Shown here: piece by piece, positions 19,501-29,798 of the stretch
How the letters are laid out: every line of letters begins with the position of its first letter
Position numbering within the stretch: the first letter of the stretch is position 1
Assembly (NCBI GenBank): GCA_963726455.1
Contig: CAVSCK010000004.1
Coordinates: forward strand, 1,834,641 to 1,898,640
Origin: an uncultured bacterium
Lineage (GTDB): Bacteria > Zixibacteria > MSB-5A5 > CAIYYT01
Direction of reading: 5' to 3'
Length of the DNA: 64,000 nucleotides
Notes under the pieces: model-generated
Seen by the model: the letters and a program-made list of their open reading frames with translations, nothing else
Database searches by the model: none
Told to the model about the DNA's origin: nothing
Translations under genes and position numbers: made by a program

Positions 19501-22460
19501 AATGCCGTCGTGTAGGCATAGAGACCAATACCATGCTGCCCGCCACCGATCGGCGTGTCGCGCACATCTTTGATCTCGCAATTGTCAACCGTGCCGCCGG
19601 CGTTGAAGTAGCCAACACCAAGGAAGCGCGAGTTGATATTGCCCTTGCCGAGTCCGTCGACCGTCAGATTGGAAATGTTGACCGCTACCGAATTCTCGGC
19701 AAACAAGATCGGCCTGTTAGCCGCTGACGTCATGAAGTACAACGGCAACTGCGTTGCCGGCGGCTGAATGATCGTCGAACCGATGCCGGAACCGATTAGA
19801 TTCAGATTTGTGAAACCGGCAAAATGCACTTGGCCGACGTACGTTCCCGGAGCAATATTGATAGTGCTGCCGGTTACCATATTCACGGCCTCCTGAATGC
19901 GATTGGCAGTGCCCAATTCTGGACTGTCATCATCCACCCAGAGGTTGGAGAAGTCACCGTAAAATCCGGGACCGCCGGTGTTAGACCCTGAATTCAGCCA
20001 AGGCGTATAGTCGACGGTGCCCGAAATCGAGCCCTTGATCGTTGCGGGATCAATGCTGCCCCACCAGTTGCCTGACATGTCAACGTTGAAAACTCCCCCA
20101 CCCATGCTGCCGGTGCCGGCAAGTACGCTGTGGGCGGAATTTCCGCTGATATCGTTGTCAAACACCTTGAGCGAATTGGTGAAACCGGCTTCTGCAACGA
20201 CATAGCAACCGTCGACGTTGTTCTTGATAAAGTTGTTAGTGAACTCCGCCGTGACGTTGCCCGAAGTATATCCCCAGATCTCAGTCGTCACATAGATGCC
20301 CGTACTGTTCGCCTTGCCCTGACCGTCGACAGTGTTATTCTTGAACTGCACGGTCACGGGAACATAAGCCCCTGCGCATGTGAGTCCCACGTCTACGTTC
20401 GTGATCGTGTTCTCCTGCACAAGTGGAGCGATATAGGGCGCAAAGACAAAGATGCCGTAACCGTTGACAGGGCTATTGGAAATTTGGTTGCCCTGAATCA
20501 GATCGGCAGTTCCGCCGCCGTCACCGGCGTTGTCCGTGTGTACGCCGCTGCCGGAATTCGTTACGACATTGTAAAGGAACTGGACTCCCTTGGAATGATT
20601 CGAGGAAATGGCGTCGTTGCAGTCGGAGACTGTATTGTACGCCATGACGCCGGAGCCTCCGAAGTTAAACATGCCGATGGAGGCATATTCGGCCTGAACG
20701 TTCTGAATCGTGTTGTGATGGAAATTGAAAGTTCCATAGCTTGATGCGTAGATTCCTCGAAGGTAAATATTCTTCACCGTGCAATCGTGTATCTCAAGGT
20801 TATTGAAGATACCAAGTCGGTGGTCGGTAATAATACCGTTGCGTGCATCGAGGTCGGCGCCACCCACGAGGATACCGCTATTCAACCCTGGATTGTCGCC
20901 ATCAAGTGTGAAACCGGAGATCGTGACGTCATTGGCCGCAACCAGCATGATCACGCTCGCGTCGGCCGGAAGTGAACCTCCGCCCGTATTGGGACCCGAG
21001 ATCGCCGGATAAACAGTGACCAAAGCGGCGCCAGCGCCGTCCAAATTCACTGGCTTATCAATGACAACGTTCTCGTAGTAGGTTCCCGCCAGAACATGCA
21101 CCGTAGAACCGCTGACTGCATCGATTCCGTCCTGAATTGTCCCAAAAGCATCGTAACCAAAAAGGTAATCCGTGCTGTTTGCAGAGTTGTATGCGTCGAC
21201 TTCCGCCTGACTGGTCCAAGCGGAGTTCACCCAGACTTCAGACGGATTGGAACCGAAGGACATGGCGCTGGTGTTTTCACCTGCGATTTCGGGATAGTGC
21301 GAGAAGTCCGAGTACAACCAGGCGCCGCTAACATCCTGAGTCGCCGCGGTCCAATAGGCGCCGTGGGCAATACGGGATGCGTAGGTGGAAGGATCGTAAT
21401 CGTTGAGAGACATGACTGCGTACGCAGTTGACTGCCAGTCCTCGTCGGTGGCATTCGCGCCATAACTGCCGCTGAACGCGCCGTTTGAGAATTGACTGGC
21501 TTCCAGCCGAGCCAACAGATCAGGAATCTCGCTAGTGTGAGTGTTTGATGCTCCAAATGCATCCAACAGGCCAGTGATACCTAGTGTGTACCACCAGTAG
21601 TCCGTGTTGGCCCAGGTTGGATCCCAGCCGGCTCGGTCAACGACATCGAAGTATCCCGGATTGTCGTTGTAGGAGTCCTGCCAAAGCACTTCGGCAATGC
21701 TGTCGGCATCGACGTCGTATGTGCCTCCGTAGCGGGCGAAAAGCATTTGCGCATCCACTGCCCAGGCGCCGATATCCCAACCAATAATACCGTTATGATA
21801 GGAGGCACCGCGGGCATCGCGGATGTAGCGCGCCAGACTGCTGGCAGAACCATAGACGGCGATTCTGGCGTCATACTTGGCCTTGGCCGCGTCTTTGTAT
21901 GCCGTGCCGGATACGCCCGGCAGGTCGTTAAAGAGCAGAAGGAACTTCAGGTCGCCGGCGCTGCGGATTCCAGCGGAATCTCTCATGGTGTTGGCAGCAT
22001 CCTGCATGGCCGTGAAGTAGGTCGCGTCATTGGTCTTCAGGTAAGCGTTGTAGAGTCCCAACGCCGTGACACCGTATGTGTTCTGCGGGCTCTTTCCCGT
22101 AGTGTGGAACATGGGCGACGGCGGAGTATATACTACCCAGTCCCAACCTCCATCGTCCGGATCATTGGGAGATTCGCTCCCACCGGAACCATTGCCGGCA
22201 TTATCCTCGGTGATGTCCGCCTGCATCTTCTTGAGGTAGTTGCCGGCATTAACCAGCGCCGTCCCAAAATTAACTATGTCACCCGGCGAACCGAGAGCTG
22301 TGTTATTGGCACTGCCTGCTCTTGGCGTCGATAACGCCTGGTCGTTGGCACCGTCAAACGGTACTGCGACAGGTTTTCCGGAACCGTTGGCTGCAAAAGC
22401 CACAGCACACAGCAGGCAGACACACACTGCCATAAGAACAAATGTTCTCCGTTTACTCAT
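16566..22460 (-). CDS. 1964-aa secreted modular protein: alpha/alpha-barrel-like N-domain, two parallel beta-helix regions, cohesin-like, Ig/FN3, dockerin-like, second cohesin-like domain, FlgD-Ig/T9SS-type tail
   Basis: Signal peptide. QxxxGxW/F repeats. TIQDGIDAV..HVLAGTYYENVVIDK and RIQEAVN..APGTYVG beta-helix caps. LGDV..DGQVYFTDL/DSRVEFEDLAIF. QNQPNPFNPET...KMTLMK. Confidence 0.8.
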   Translation of the reverse strand: MSKRRTFVLMAVCVCLLCAVAFAANGSGKPVAVPFDGANDQALSTPRAGSANNTALGSPGDIVNFGTALVNAGNYLKKMQADITEDNAGNGSGGSESPNDPDDGGWDWVVYTPPSPMFHTTGKSPQNTYGVTALGLYNAYLKTNDATYFTAMQDAANTMRDSAGIRSAGDLKFLLLFNDLPGVSGTAYKDAAKAKYDARIAVYGSASSLARYIRDARGASYHNGIIGWDIGAWAVDAQMLFARYGGTYDVDADSIAEVLWQDSYNDNPGYFDVVDRAGWDPTWANTDYWWYTLGITGLLDAFGASNTHTSEIPDLLARLEASQFSNGAFSGSYGANATDEDWQSTAYAVMSLNDYDPSTYASRIAHGAYWTAATQDVSGAWLYSDFSHYPEIAGENTSAMSFGSNPSEVWVNSAWTSQAEVDAYNSANSTDYLFGYDAFGTIQDGIDAVSGSTVHVLAGTYYENVVIDKPVNLDGAGAALVTVYPAISGPNTGGGSLPADASVIMLVAANDVTISGFTLDGDNPGLNSGILVGGADLDARNGIITDHRLGIFNNLEIHDCTVKNIYLRGIYASSYGTFNFHHNTIQNVQAEYASIGMFNFGGSGVMAYNTVSDCNDAISSNHSKGVQFLYNVVTNSGSGVHTDNAGDGGGTADLIQGNQISNSPVNGYGIFVFAPYIAPLVQENTITNVDVGLTCAGAYVPVTVQFKNNTVDGQGKANSTGIYVTTEIWGYTSGNVTAEFTNNFIKNNVDGCYVVAEAGFTNSLKVFDNDISGNSAHSVLAGTGSMGGGVFNVDMSGNWWGSIDPATIKGSISGTVDYTPWLNSGSNTGGPGFYGDFSNLWVDDDSPELGTANRIQEAVNMVTGSTINIAPGTYVGQVHFAGFTNLNLIGSGIGSTIIQPPATQLPLYFMTSAANRPILFAENSVAVNISNLTVDGLGKGNINSRFLGVGYFNAGGTVDNCEIKDVRDTPIGGGQHGIGLYAYTTALPQRIVNVNASHVYGFQKGGITINGAYTTGNVAGCNIDGYGPAGFIAMNGVQLGFGTLGTVVNNQISGCSYTGPGWSSAGVLLYNDPPITGGILVRSNLIEECQIGINYLQVGGTIDQNTVTATPAGTGITSYWNIVADPGQGPGRQPKAQPFDVDLAAKSAGSNTVLSPMSITTLASNNILDGGGGGYGLEADAYAPEVLNFSATGNRLTNFEVGLVLWEESGATLTSNVTSNTMLFNGTGMYNEGGYVSAQYNVFANGTNASDLTAGNYYANNCYSDYNGIPPYNIGGGGGNVDNNPSSDCGLNMTPDNILYHCSGDFTVTVALGAAVTDLEAANIHIEYPAELNVVDVVSASSNYFVAFTQTNHAAGEKDTLKVNLGVLTGSQDGPADLFTITMNGSTSVCAANQLAMIYGDLRDGANNQIPAPLASPTTFVADCADPDVVVSSPANNGFFNVAPVLNLTATDDCDLSALYYQIDGCVAANWLPIASGLTGTTYNTVWTVPGFDGMSEAEHCVRLKVMDDNGRGNADSCTYTWCFTKDITPPAAPTSLVATPGHNKVNLSWTNASSDFDHAVIMRTDWYAGGHGYPEYDDANAEGPYPTTPLTGDEVYSGTGVTHADVLDVSNDTRDVYHYAAFTIDKAGNFSVPSNGARSTSYWLGDVATAYDGQVYFTDLMTFSSTYGLNQGDAGYNNEADFGPTHNYSPKGIPLTDSRVEFEDLAIFAINFDAVTPSAKDRPILTGTPIELKPALRLIERMVGNTFQVDLYLDNRDNLAKALIGEISFSADRLQYLSTTESADLANSTSPIFFKELSSAGKVSVSTAVLGAGRTFDGSGLIATLNFRPLVSGKVEVAMTRADIRDKDNKFLLSTDVPFPNHDATAMVDLPATYEVAQNQPNPFNPETAINYGLPTATDVSIRIYNVVGQLVKELVNEYQPAGMHRVVWNGTNTYGEKVASGIYFYRFETSDYQKTVKMTLMK

Positions 22461-23137
22461 GAAATAATTCCTCCCCTAGATTGTCTCTGGTAGGTAACCA
22501 GTTGCTTGGTGAAGTAGCTGAAACAAACGTTTCTTCCGCCTGTTTCCCGACTTCCATTCTTTCTTCTTCGTAAGGACTCAATAGCGCAGTAAGTTAGGTT
22601 GGTACGCCTCCGAGTTGATGGATGTAATAGTAAGACCCCTTGTTGACCTGCCACCACACGTAGCCGAACTAGTGCTCGAAATTCACCTCCTGTGATTTGA
22701 CTGAATCACGGCCAAACGGCCAATTGGACGCGAGACTCTGGAACCTTGCTAAGAACCGGCTGAGTATGCCCTGAACAGTGGTGGACGATAGGCGTCAATT
22801 CAACGACTTAGTGCTTATCCGTTCCCCAACCACCCTTTAACACATTGATGAAACCACTGGCATTGTTAAGCTTCTATGTTATCTAATATGACCCGAAATC
22901 TCCATTCGTCAACAGGCACCGTTGCGACAATACTACTCCCTTACTGCGTACATGGTGTACGTATTGCGCCCGGTACCATGATCCCGCCGCACGGGCAAAG
23001 ATGGTATCCGATTGCCAGATTTCCGGTTGCATCGTCTTTCTTTTCGCTACGGCAGTTGCAGCGTCAGTGATTTAGTTGCAGAACGTAACCTCATTTGTAA
23101 TTTGTCGTATCGAATAGTAACGAAAGGAAGTCAAAAT

Positions 23138-24997
23138 ATGAAGATTCGTGAAATGAGCATGATTGCACTACTGTCGATCGTCCTTGCTGCCGTGAGCTCG
23201 ATCGGGGCGAGCACCTTACGGGATCCCTACGAGATACTCAAGCACAACTTCGATGCCAACGGCGGATTGACCCACATCAGGGCTGAGAAGTCGCAATACA
23301 TTGAAGGGACTATAGCGTTGGCTGGCCTGAATGGCACGCTCAAAACCTGGACTCAGAAACCGGACCGCAGTCGAACCGAGGTCAATCTGAAGGTATTCAA
23401 ACAGGTGCAGGGTGACAACGGCGTTTACCAGTGGGTGCTGGATTCGAACGGCAAATTGCAGAAGATCACGACGTTTGATGAAGTCACAAAAAAGCGACGG
23501 GAAGTGAAGCGACTCCTTGACGACTACGACTACGCCGATCCCCAATCGAAAGTGTTCAAAGTCGCGCTAGCAGGGATTCAAAAGGTTCAGAACAATGATT
23601 GCTACGTTATTCAAATCACCAACAATCTGACCGAAGACAAATATACGAGCTTTATTGACACGGTGACATTTTTGGTAGACAAAACGGTCACGATCGAAGG
23701 TGAGGACACGCGAGAAACCGTCAACGAAGACTACCGCAATATCAACGGGCTAATGGTTCCTTTCAAGATAACGGAGACCACCGTAAATATCGGTCAAACT
23801 CAAGTGATCGAGCTTACCAAGTACGAGTCCAACCCGCAGATTGACTCGACCGTTTTCGAGGCGCCGGCGGAAGGCGCCAAGGACTATCGTTTCTCCAACG
23901 GCCAGAGCGCTGAGAACATACCCTTTCACTTTATCGAGAATCATGTTTTCCTGCCGGTGGTTGTGTCCTGTATGGAGCGCTCATGGGTATTGGATACCGG
24001 CGCGGGCATGTCGGTGATTTCTCAGGAATTTGCAGACGAGTTGGGGCTGAAACTCGAAGGGGATATGAAAGGTAAGGGAGCCGGTGGAACGGTCAACGTC
24101 AAGTTCGCCACGCTTCCTCCATTTCAACTCCGCGGGATCGAATTTGATGGGCAGAAGGTCGCAGTTATCGATATGAAAGACCTGAATCGTGCCATCGGGT
24201 TCTACTGCGCCGGCATACTCGGATTTGATTTCCTGTCGCGATTCGTGACGAAAGTTGATTATTCCAAAGAACTGTTGTCCTTCTACGATCCGGAGACTTT
24301 CAAATACACGGGTAGCGGCAATGAAGTGCCCATGCACGTGAAAGAAGGCGTCTTTGCAGTCGATGCAACCCTTGATAGCGCGCACACCGGGAGCTGGCTG
24401 TTCGATGTGGGAGCGTCAGTCACAAGTTTGGATGGGACGTACGCGGGGAGGCAGGGATTCAACGGAAGAAAGGCAGTGGAAAGCATGGGACGCGGCGCCG
24501 GTGCGACATTCCGCACGAAGCTCGTCAAGTGCAAACGCTTTGACTTCGCGGGGTTTACTATCGACAACCCCATCATAAGCTTCGAGACATCCAACATCGA
24601 CACTGCGGTACACACCGATGAAATCGGCGCGCTGGGCAATACGTTGTTTCGGAATTTCGTGATCTATGCTGACTATGCGCACGAACGGCTATTTGTCGAA
24701 AAGGGCGACAACTTTAACCGACCGTATCCGCGCGACAATTCCGGTCTGCAGTTTATCCTGGGCGACAAAGATCAGACGGAAGTACTTTTTGTCGCGCCCG
24801 GGACGCCGGCAGCCACCTCAGGAATTCAAGCCGGCGACATTGTCCAACGCGTAAATGGAATCGAGGTGCAGAACCTGGGCGGACTGAATGCCATTCGGTC
24901 CATGCTCAAAGACAAACCGGGAACGGAATATTCCTTCACCGTCCACCGCGGCGGAAACGAGAAGACTTTCCGGTTGAGACTGGCGGAACTGCTCTAG
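23138..24997 (+). CDS. Secreted aspartyl protease family protein (LolA-like N-domain, two retropepsin-like domains, PDZ)
   Basis: AAAGGAAG RBS and signal peptide. WVLDTGA...GILGFDFL and WLFDVGA...GALGNTLF. C-terminal PDZ GTPAATSGIQAGDIV. Confidence 0.85.
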   Translation: MKIREMSMIALLSIVLAAVSSIGASTLRDPYEILKHNFDANGGLTHIRAEKSQYIEGTIALAGLNGTLKTWTQKPDRSRTEVNLKVFKQVQGDNGVYQWVLDSNGKLQKITTFDEVTKKRREVKRLLDDYDYADPQSKVFKVALAGIQKVQNNDCYVIQITNNLTEDKYTSFIDTVTFLVDKTVTIEGEDTRETVNEDYRNINGLMVPFKITETTVNIGQTQVIELTKYESNPQIDSTVFEAPAEGAKDYRFSNGQSAENIPFHFIENHVFLPVVVSCMERSWVLDTGAGMSVISQEFADELGLKLEGDMKGKGAGGTVNVKFATLPPFQLRGIEFDGQKVAVIDMKDLNRAIGFYCAGILGFDFLSRFVTKVDYSKELLSFYDPETFKYTGSGNEVPMHVKEGVFAVDATLDSAHTGSWLFDVGASVTSLDGTYAGRQGFNGRKAVESMGRGAGATFRTKLVKCKRFDFAGFTIDNPIISFETSNIDTAVHTDEIGALGNTLFRNFVIYADYAHERLFVEKGDNFNRPYPRDNSGLQFILGDKDQTEVLFVAPGTPAATSGIQAGDIVQRVNGIEVQNLGGLNAIRSMLKDKPGTEYSFTVHRGGNEKTFRLRLAELL

Positions 24998-25183
24998 CAA
25001 GCAGACTGACCTTACGGCGGCCAACCCAAGACGACTTCGTTTCCCTCGGGAATTTCCGACTGAGTCAGTGTAGTGGCTCCCCGATTAGCATCGACCTGAA
25101 TCATAAGATTGGCCGAGACACAGGCAGCGACGAAGACAGCCAGATACCGCTGTTAATGAGAAATCAGGGGCGTTGAAATCATG

Positions 25184-25272
25184 CGGAGAGGCAGGGATTC
25201 GAACCCTGGAGACCTTTATGGGGCCTACACACTTTCCAGGCGTGCTCCTTCAGCCAGCTCGGACACCTCTCC
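25184..25272 (-). tRNA. tRNA-Ser(GGA), long variable arm, CCA not encoded
   Basis: Reverse complement is GGAGAGGTGTCCGAGCTGGCTGAAGGAGCACGCCTGGAAAGTGTGTAGGCCCCATAAAGGTCTCCAGGGTTCGAATCCCTGCCTCTCCG, with anticodon loop CT-GGA-AA. Confidence 0.96.
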
Positions 25273-25524
25273 GGCAGAGCCCCCAATTTAGCCGCAGAAT
25301 CACAAAATGCAACCGTTTCTTTGCTCTCCGGCAATTGCGCCACGCTCAAGAATGGAGTGGTTGCGGTTACAGAGCTACTCACTGAATTCAGAATAGCAAC
25401 GCATTGTAAGCGCCCGAGTCGATCCTGACCTAGACCTTGACAGATTCGAACGACTGCCTATATTGTAATCGTCTTAACACAAAGTCGTGCCTGATTGCAC
25501 ACACCAAAGAATGAGGATATCCAA

Positions 25525-27786
25525 ATGAGCACGTTTGCATATTGGGGGAAGCAGTGTCTTTATCGCACGCTGTTACTTGTAACCATTTTGACCATTGGCG
25601 CAATTCTATCTCTTGCTCAGACGACTCTCGCATTGAATCTGGCGGCTCGCACACCATTAAAGAATATCTCGCTATATACTGCCGACGGATTTGAGCATCG
25701 GCTGATTGTAAAGTTCAGCGACGAATACCTAATGCGCGCGCTCGCCGACGGCACTCTCTCTTCGCTGCAACGTCTTGATATCAGCGAGTTCTCACGACTC
25801 GTTACGGCACGGCAATTGCGATTTCAACAGCTCATCAATCTGGCCGATGACAAGATAGACCTGCTCGAAAATCGCGCCGCGGAGATGTCCGGAATCGCGC
25901 AACCAGACTTGCGAGGCATGATGGTTGTCCTTTGTTCCGACACGACTGTCGCCGGACTGATATCCCTGGCACGCGAAATTCAACAGCGACCCGAGGTGGA
26001 ATGGGCCTACATCCAAAACCTCGGCGTACCGCCTCCCACGGACATACCACCGACAACACCGGACTACGTGTCTCTTCAGACCTATCGCGGCGCCGATCCC
26101 GGCATGAACGTCGACTATCTGTGGAGCCGCGGCGGCAAAGGTCAGGGCATTCGTTTTTCCGACTGCGAATATGGCTGGGTCGCTACTCATGAAGACTTAA
26201 ATGATATTGATCTTCATCGCGAGCCGGGGCAGACGCCGGATCCAAGCGTGCATACCAACGGCTGGGACGAGCACGGCACCGCCGCTGTCGGTATTGCCGC
26301 CGCGCCCGCCAACGGTTACGGCATCAACGGCATTGCCCCCATGACAACAGTCTATACTTATCCGGAATTCACCGTCGAGGGTGGCTTTCGGCGCAATACC
26401 TGCATCGCTCACGCCATTGCCAATTCTTCGCCAGGAGACGTCGTTCTTTTAGAGATGCAAGCCGGTGGACCGGGTGGCGGATACTGCCCTGCCGAGTACG
26501 ATCCCTCAGTATGGACAACCGTCAAGACCGGAACCGATGCCGGTGTAATCGTAGTTGCGGCTGCCGGCAACGGCTCGCAGGACTTGGACAGCGGCCCGTA
26601 TGCCGAATATCGCAGTCGCGGTGACAGCAAGGCCATTATCATTGGCGCCGGCAGTTCGGACACGCTGCATGTGCCCACCGATTTCACTACTTACGGTTCG
26701 CGCGTGAATGTTCATGCGTACGGCTGGAATGCCTTCTCCCTGGGGTATGGCGATTACGACGAAATCGGCGGAGATCCAAATCAGCGATACACCTGGTTCA
26801 GCGGCACGAGTTCAGCATCGGCGTTGGTTGCTCCTTCCTGCGTGGCGCTACAGTCACAGGCGGTCAAAATCCTGGGGCGTCGGCTTACCCCGCTGGAAAT
26901 GCGCCAATTGCTTATGGACACCGGAATCCCGCAAGGACCGGGCGTCCATATCGGCCCGGCATTGAATCTGAAAGAAGCATCCGCGCGACTCTGCGGATTT
27001 CTGGTCAGTCCGACGGATGCGGACACTGACGGCGTGGCGGACTCCTGCGACAACTGCCGTACTGTCGCCAACGCTGATCAAAACGATGCCGATCTTGATG
27101 GCCTGGGTGACGCTTGCGATGCCGACATCGATAACGACGGAATACTAAATGCGCAGGACAACTGCCCGTATGTCACCAACATCGATCAGCACAATAGCGA
27201 TTCGGATTCACTTGGAGACGCCTGTGATAACTGCCCTCTGGTTGCCAATCCCGAACAATACGACGAAAACCATGACGGAGTCGGCGATGCATGCGACGGA
27301 CTTCTGCACATCGAAGCATACGATCTGCCTCACGGGTTGTTTAATCTCCCGTATTCGTACCAATTCTGGGCAGTCGGCGGCACGCCGCCGTATACCTGGG
27401 AATTCATCGGCGGTGACCTTCCTTACGGTCTCGTATTCAACGGCGGCGCAGGCGGAACATTGACCGGCACTCCTACTTATAAGGCGACCTTCTACTTTAC
27501 CATTTACTGTCAGGACTCCGGGACGCCGTTCAAGTCTGACGTCTTTGATGTGACTATGACTATTACCGATCCGCCCTATGTCTGCGGTGATGCCGACGGC
27601 AGTCGCAACATCGACATTTCCGACGCGGTCTATCTCATCGCCTATATTTTCTCCGGTGGTCCCGCGCCGAGTCCGGTGCCGGCGGGTGATGCCTCGTGCG
27701 ACGGCGGCGTGGATATCTCTGATGCAGTCTACTTGATCGCTTACATCTTCAGCGGCGGTCCGGCTCCCTGCCAGATGTGCAAGTAG
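25525..27786 (+). CDS. Secreted S8 (subtilase) serine peptidase with TSP3 repeats, Ig-like domain and C-terminal dockerin
   Basis: Triad motifs [22 protein letters not shown] and oxyanion AAAGNG. DxDxDGxGDxCD repeats. [29 protein letters not shown] dockerin pair. Confidence 0.9.
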   Translation: MSTFAYWGKQCLYRTLLLVTILTIGAILSLAQTTLALNLAARTPLKNISLYTADGFEHRLIVKFSDEYLMRALADGTLSSLQRLDISEFSRLVTARQLRFQQLINLADDKIDLLENRAAEMSGIAQPDLRGMMVVLCSDTTVAGLISLAREIQQRPEVEWAYIQNLGVPPPTDIPPTTPDYVSLQTYRGADPGMNVDYLWSRGGKGQGIRFSDCEYGWVATHEDLNDIDLHREPGQTPDPSVHTNGWDEHGTAAVGIAAAPANGYGINGIAPMTTVYTYPEFTVEGGFRRNTCIAHAIANSSPGDVVLLEMQAGGPGGGYCPAEYDPSVWTTVKTGTDAGVIVVAAAGNGSQDLDSGPYAEYRSRGDSKAIIIGAGSSDTLHVPTDFTTYGSRVNVHAYGWNAFSLGYGDYDEIGGDPNQRYTWFSGTSSASALVAPSCVALQSQAVKILGRRLTPLEMRQLLMDTGIPQGPGVHIGPALNLKEASARLCGFLVSPTDADTDGVADSCDNCRTVANADQNDADLDGLGDACDADIDNDGILNAQDNCPYVTNIDQHNSDSDSLGDACDNCPLVANPEQYDENHDGVGDACDGLLHIEAYDLPHGLFNLPYSYQFWAVGGTPPYTWEFIGGDLPYGLVFNGGAGGTLTGTPTYKATFYFTIYCQDSGTPFKSDVFDVTMTITDPPYVCGDADGSRNIDISDAVYLIAYIFSGGPAPSPVPAGDASCDGGVDISDAVYLIAYIFSGGPAPCQMCK

Positions 27787-28029
27787 GCAGTCGATGACGG
27801 AAGCGTATCGCCACCGTAACCGTGCGAGATAATGTGGTGGAGGATGACGGGTATTAGTAGCTAGAGAGAGTCTGTCCTGCCACTGCCGGCGTTCGCCGTT
27901 GAGCGCTCCTACCGAGTAGCCCACTTTAGTGCTATCCTTAATCGAAATATGCACTTAACCAAGGTAGACCGACACTGATAAGGCGGTCGCCAGGTACGTG
28001 ATTCCGCTCTCCTGAACTCAAAATAGTGT

Positions 28030-28057
28030 TTGACTCTCCCGGCGCTGGGATTATATT
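28030..28057 (+). promoter_or_regulatory. Sigma70-like promoter of secDF
   Basis: TTGACT-N16-TATATT upstream of GGAGG RBS. Confidence 0.5.
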
Positions 28058-28124
28058 TACCGACTCGCTGCCGCAATGGCGGCAGAACTTTTTCGCTTAC
28101 CATTGACGGAGGATTTTTTCTATT

Positions 28125-29780
28125 ATGAAAGGCGATACCTGGAAGATAGTAGTAACCCTTGTCTTAATAGTAGCGGCGGCGTACTATATTTGGCCAACCG
28201 TCAGCTATTTCTCGATGAGTGATGCAGCCAAGGAATCCATGAAAAAGGCTGATCCCGATGAATACGTGGCCTTGCAGAAGAAGGCCATCAAACTCGGGCT
28301 TGACCTGCAGGGCGGAATGCACGTCGTTCTCGAGGTTGACAAATCGCAACTCGACGAGAACGCTGCCAAGGACGCAGTCGATCGGGCGTTGGAGATTATC
28401 CGCAATCGTATCGACCAGTTCGGCGTCGCCGAGCCGCTGATTCAGAAGCAGGGCAGCAACCGCATTGCCGTCGATCTGCCGGCACTGCAGGACCCTGAGC
28501 GTGCGCGTAACCTCATTGGACAAACCGCCTTACTCGAATTCAAGCTGGTGGAAAGCCCGGAGAACACGCAGTCGATCGTCAACAAAATCGATAAAGTTGC
28601 GGCGAGTCTGAACCCAACATCCGCGACCACTGCCGAAAAACAGCCGGGAGCAACTGACTCCTTTGACAATCCGTTCGGCGACTCGGCAAAGACAACCACC
28701 GCGAGCACCGACTCCACCAAGGACTCGGCGGCAGCTGCCGAGGAAGGCGCCAGTGCTCTGACGCAGTATCTTGAATTCAACGGCATCAACTATTCGGTTC
28801 AGGAATCCGACGTTGAAAAGGTCAAGGCGATCCTTGAAAATCCCGCTGTCAAATCGCTGATCCCGTCCGACGATCAGATTGCCTGGAGCACGGCTACTGA
28901 ACTCGTCGGCGGTCGCAAGATGCATTCGCTATACATCCTGAAAGGCAAAGTGGAATTGAGCGGCAGGCACCTGACGGACGCCAGACCCAATTACGACCAG
29001 TATCACAAACCAATCGTCGACTTCACGCTTGACCGCGAAGGAGGCAATACATTCGGACGAGTAACCGGACCGAACATCGGCAAGCCGTTGGCAATTCTGT
29101 TGGACGGCAAAGTCGAGTCGGCGCCGACTATTCGGGCGAAGATTCGCGATAAGGGCCAGATTCAGATGGGTGGCCAGGCCACTTATTTTGAAGCTAAAGA
29201 CCTTGCCACTGTTCTCCGCGCCGGCGCCCTGCCCGCCCCGGTCAAGATCGTTGAGAATAACGTAGTCGGTCCGACTCTTGGTAAGGACTCCATCGATGCC
29301 GGCAAGACCGGATTGATGGTCGGGCTTCTCCTGATCATGGTATTCATGTTTTTCTATTACCGCATGTCCGGGCTGCTGGCAGACTTTGTGTTGATGATCA
29401 ATATCTTCTTCCTGCTAGCCATCATGGCCAGTCTGGGAGCTACGCTGACATTGCCCGGCATCTCCGGTATCATTTTGACAATGGGGATCACGGTCGATGC
29501 CAACGTGCTCGTGTTCGAGCGTATTCGCGACGAGCTCCGAACGGGCAAGACGGTTCGAGCGGCAATAGATGCCGGCTACGACCGTGCCACCGTTACTATC
29601 ATTGACAGTAACCTTACCACACTCATCGCCGCCGGCGTGCTTTATTACTTCGGCACCGGCCCGATCAAGGGTTTTGCCGTAACCCTGGGTGCGGGTATCA
29701 TCATCTCTCTTTACACTTCGCTGATCGTCGGCAAAACGATCTTCGGCTATCGTCGTAAAGCCACATCGCTGAGTATCTGA
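28125..29780 (+). CDS. secD: Protein translocase subunit SecD
   Basis: KLGLDLQGG, RNRIDQFGVAEP, LRAGALPAP, TLTLPGISG, DANVLVFERIRDE. Confidence 0.97.
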   Translation: MKGDTWKIVVTLVLIVAAAYYIWPTVSYFSMSDAAKESMKKADPDEYVALQKKAIKLGLDLQGGMHVVLEVDKSQLDENAAKDAVDRALEIIRNRIDQFGVAEPLIQKQGSNRIAVDLPALQDPERARNLIGQTALLEFKLVESPENTQSIVNKIDKVAASLNPTSATTAEKQPGATDSFDNPFGDSAKTTTASTDSTKDSAAAAEEGASALTQYLEFNGINYSVQESDVEKVKAILENPAVKSLIPSDDQIAWSTATELVGGRKMHSLYILKGKVELSGRHLTDARPNYDQYHKPIVDFTLDREGGNTFGRVTGPNIGKPLAILLDGKVESAPTIRAKIRDKGQIQMGGQATYFEAKDLATVLRAGALPAPVKIVENNVVGPTLGKDSIDAGKTGLMVGLLLIMVFMFFYYRMSGLLADFVLMINIFFLLAIMASLGATLTLPGISGIILTMGITVDANVLVFERIRDELRTGKTVRAAIDAGYDRATVTIIDSNLTTLIAAGVLYYFGTGPIKGFAVTLGAGIIISLYTSLIVGKTIFGYRRKATSLSI

Positions 29781-29798
29781 TCAGGAAGGAAGAAAGAA

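Noticed and set aside
22676-22700. Strong AGGAGGTGA Shine-Dalgarno-like motif on the minus strand, suggesting a small peptide gene
   Set aside because: No suitably spaced start codon with a credible ORF follows.
25000-25272. tRNA-Ser as an integration site for an island
   Set aside because: I saw no duplicated tRNA 3' end and no integrase in the window.
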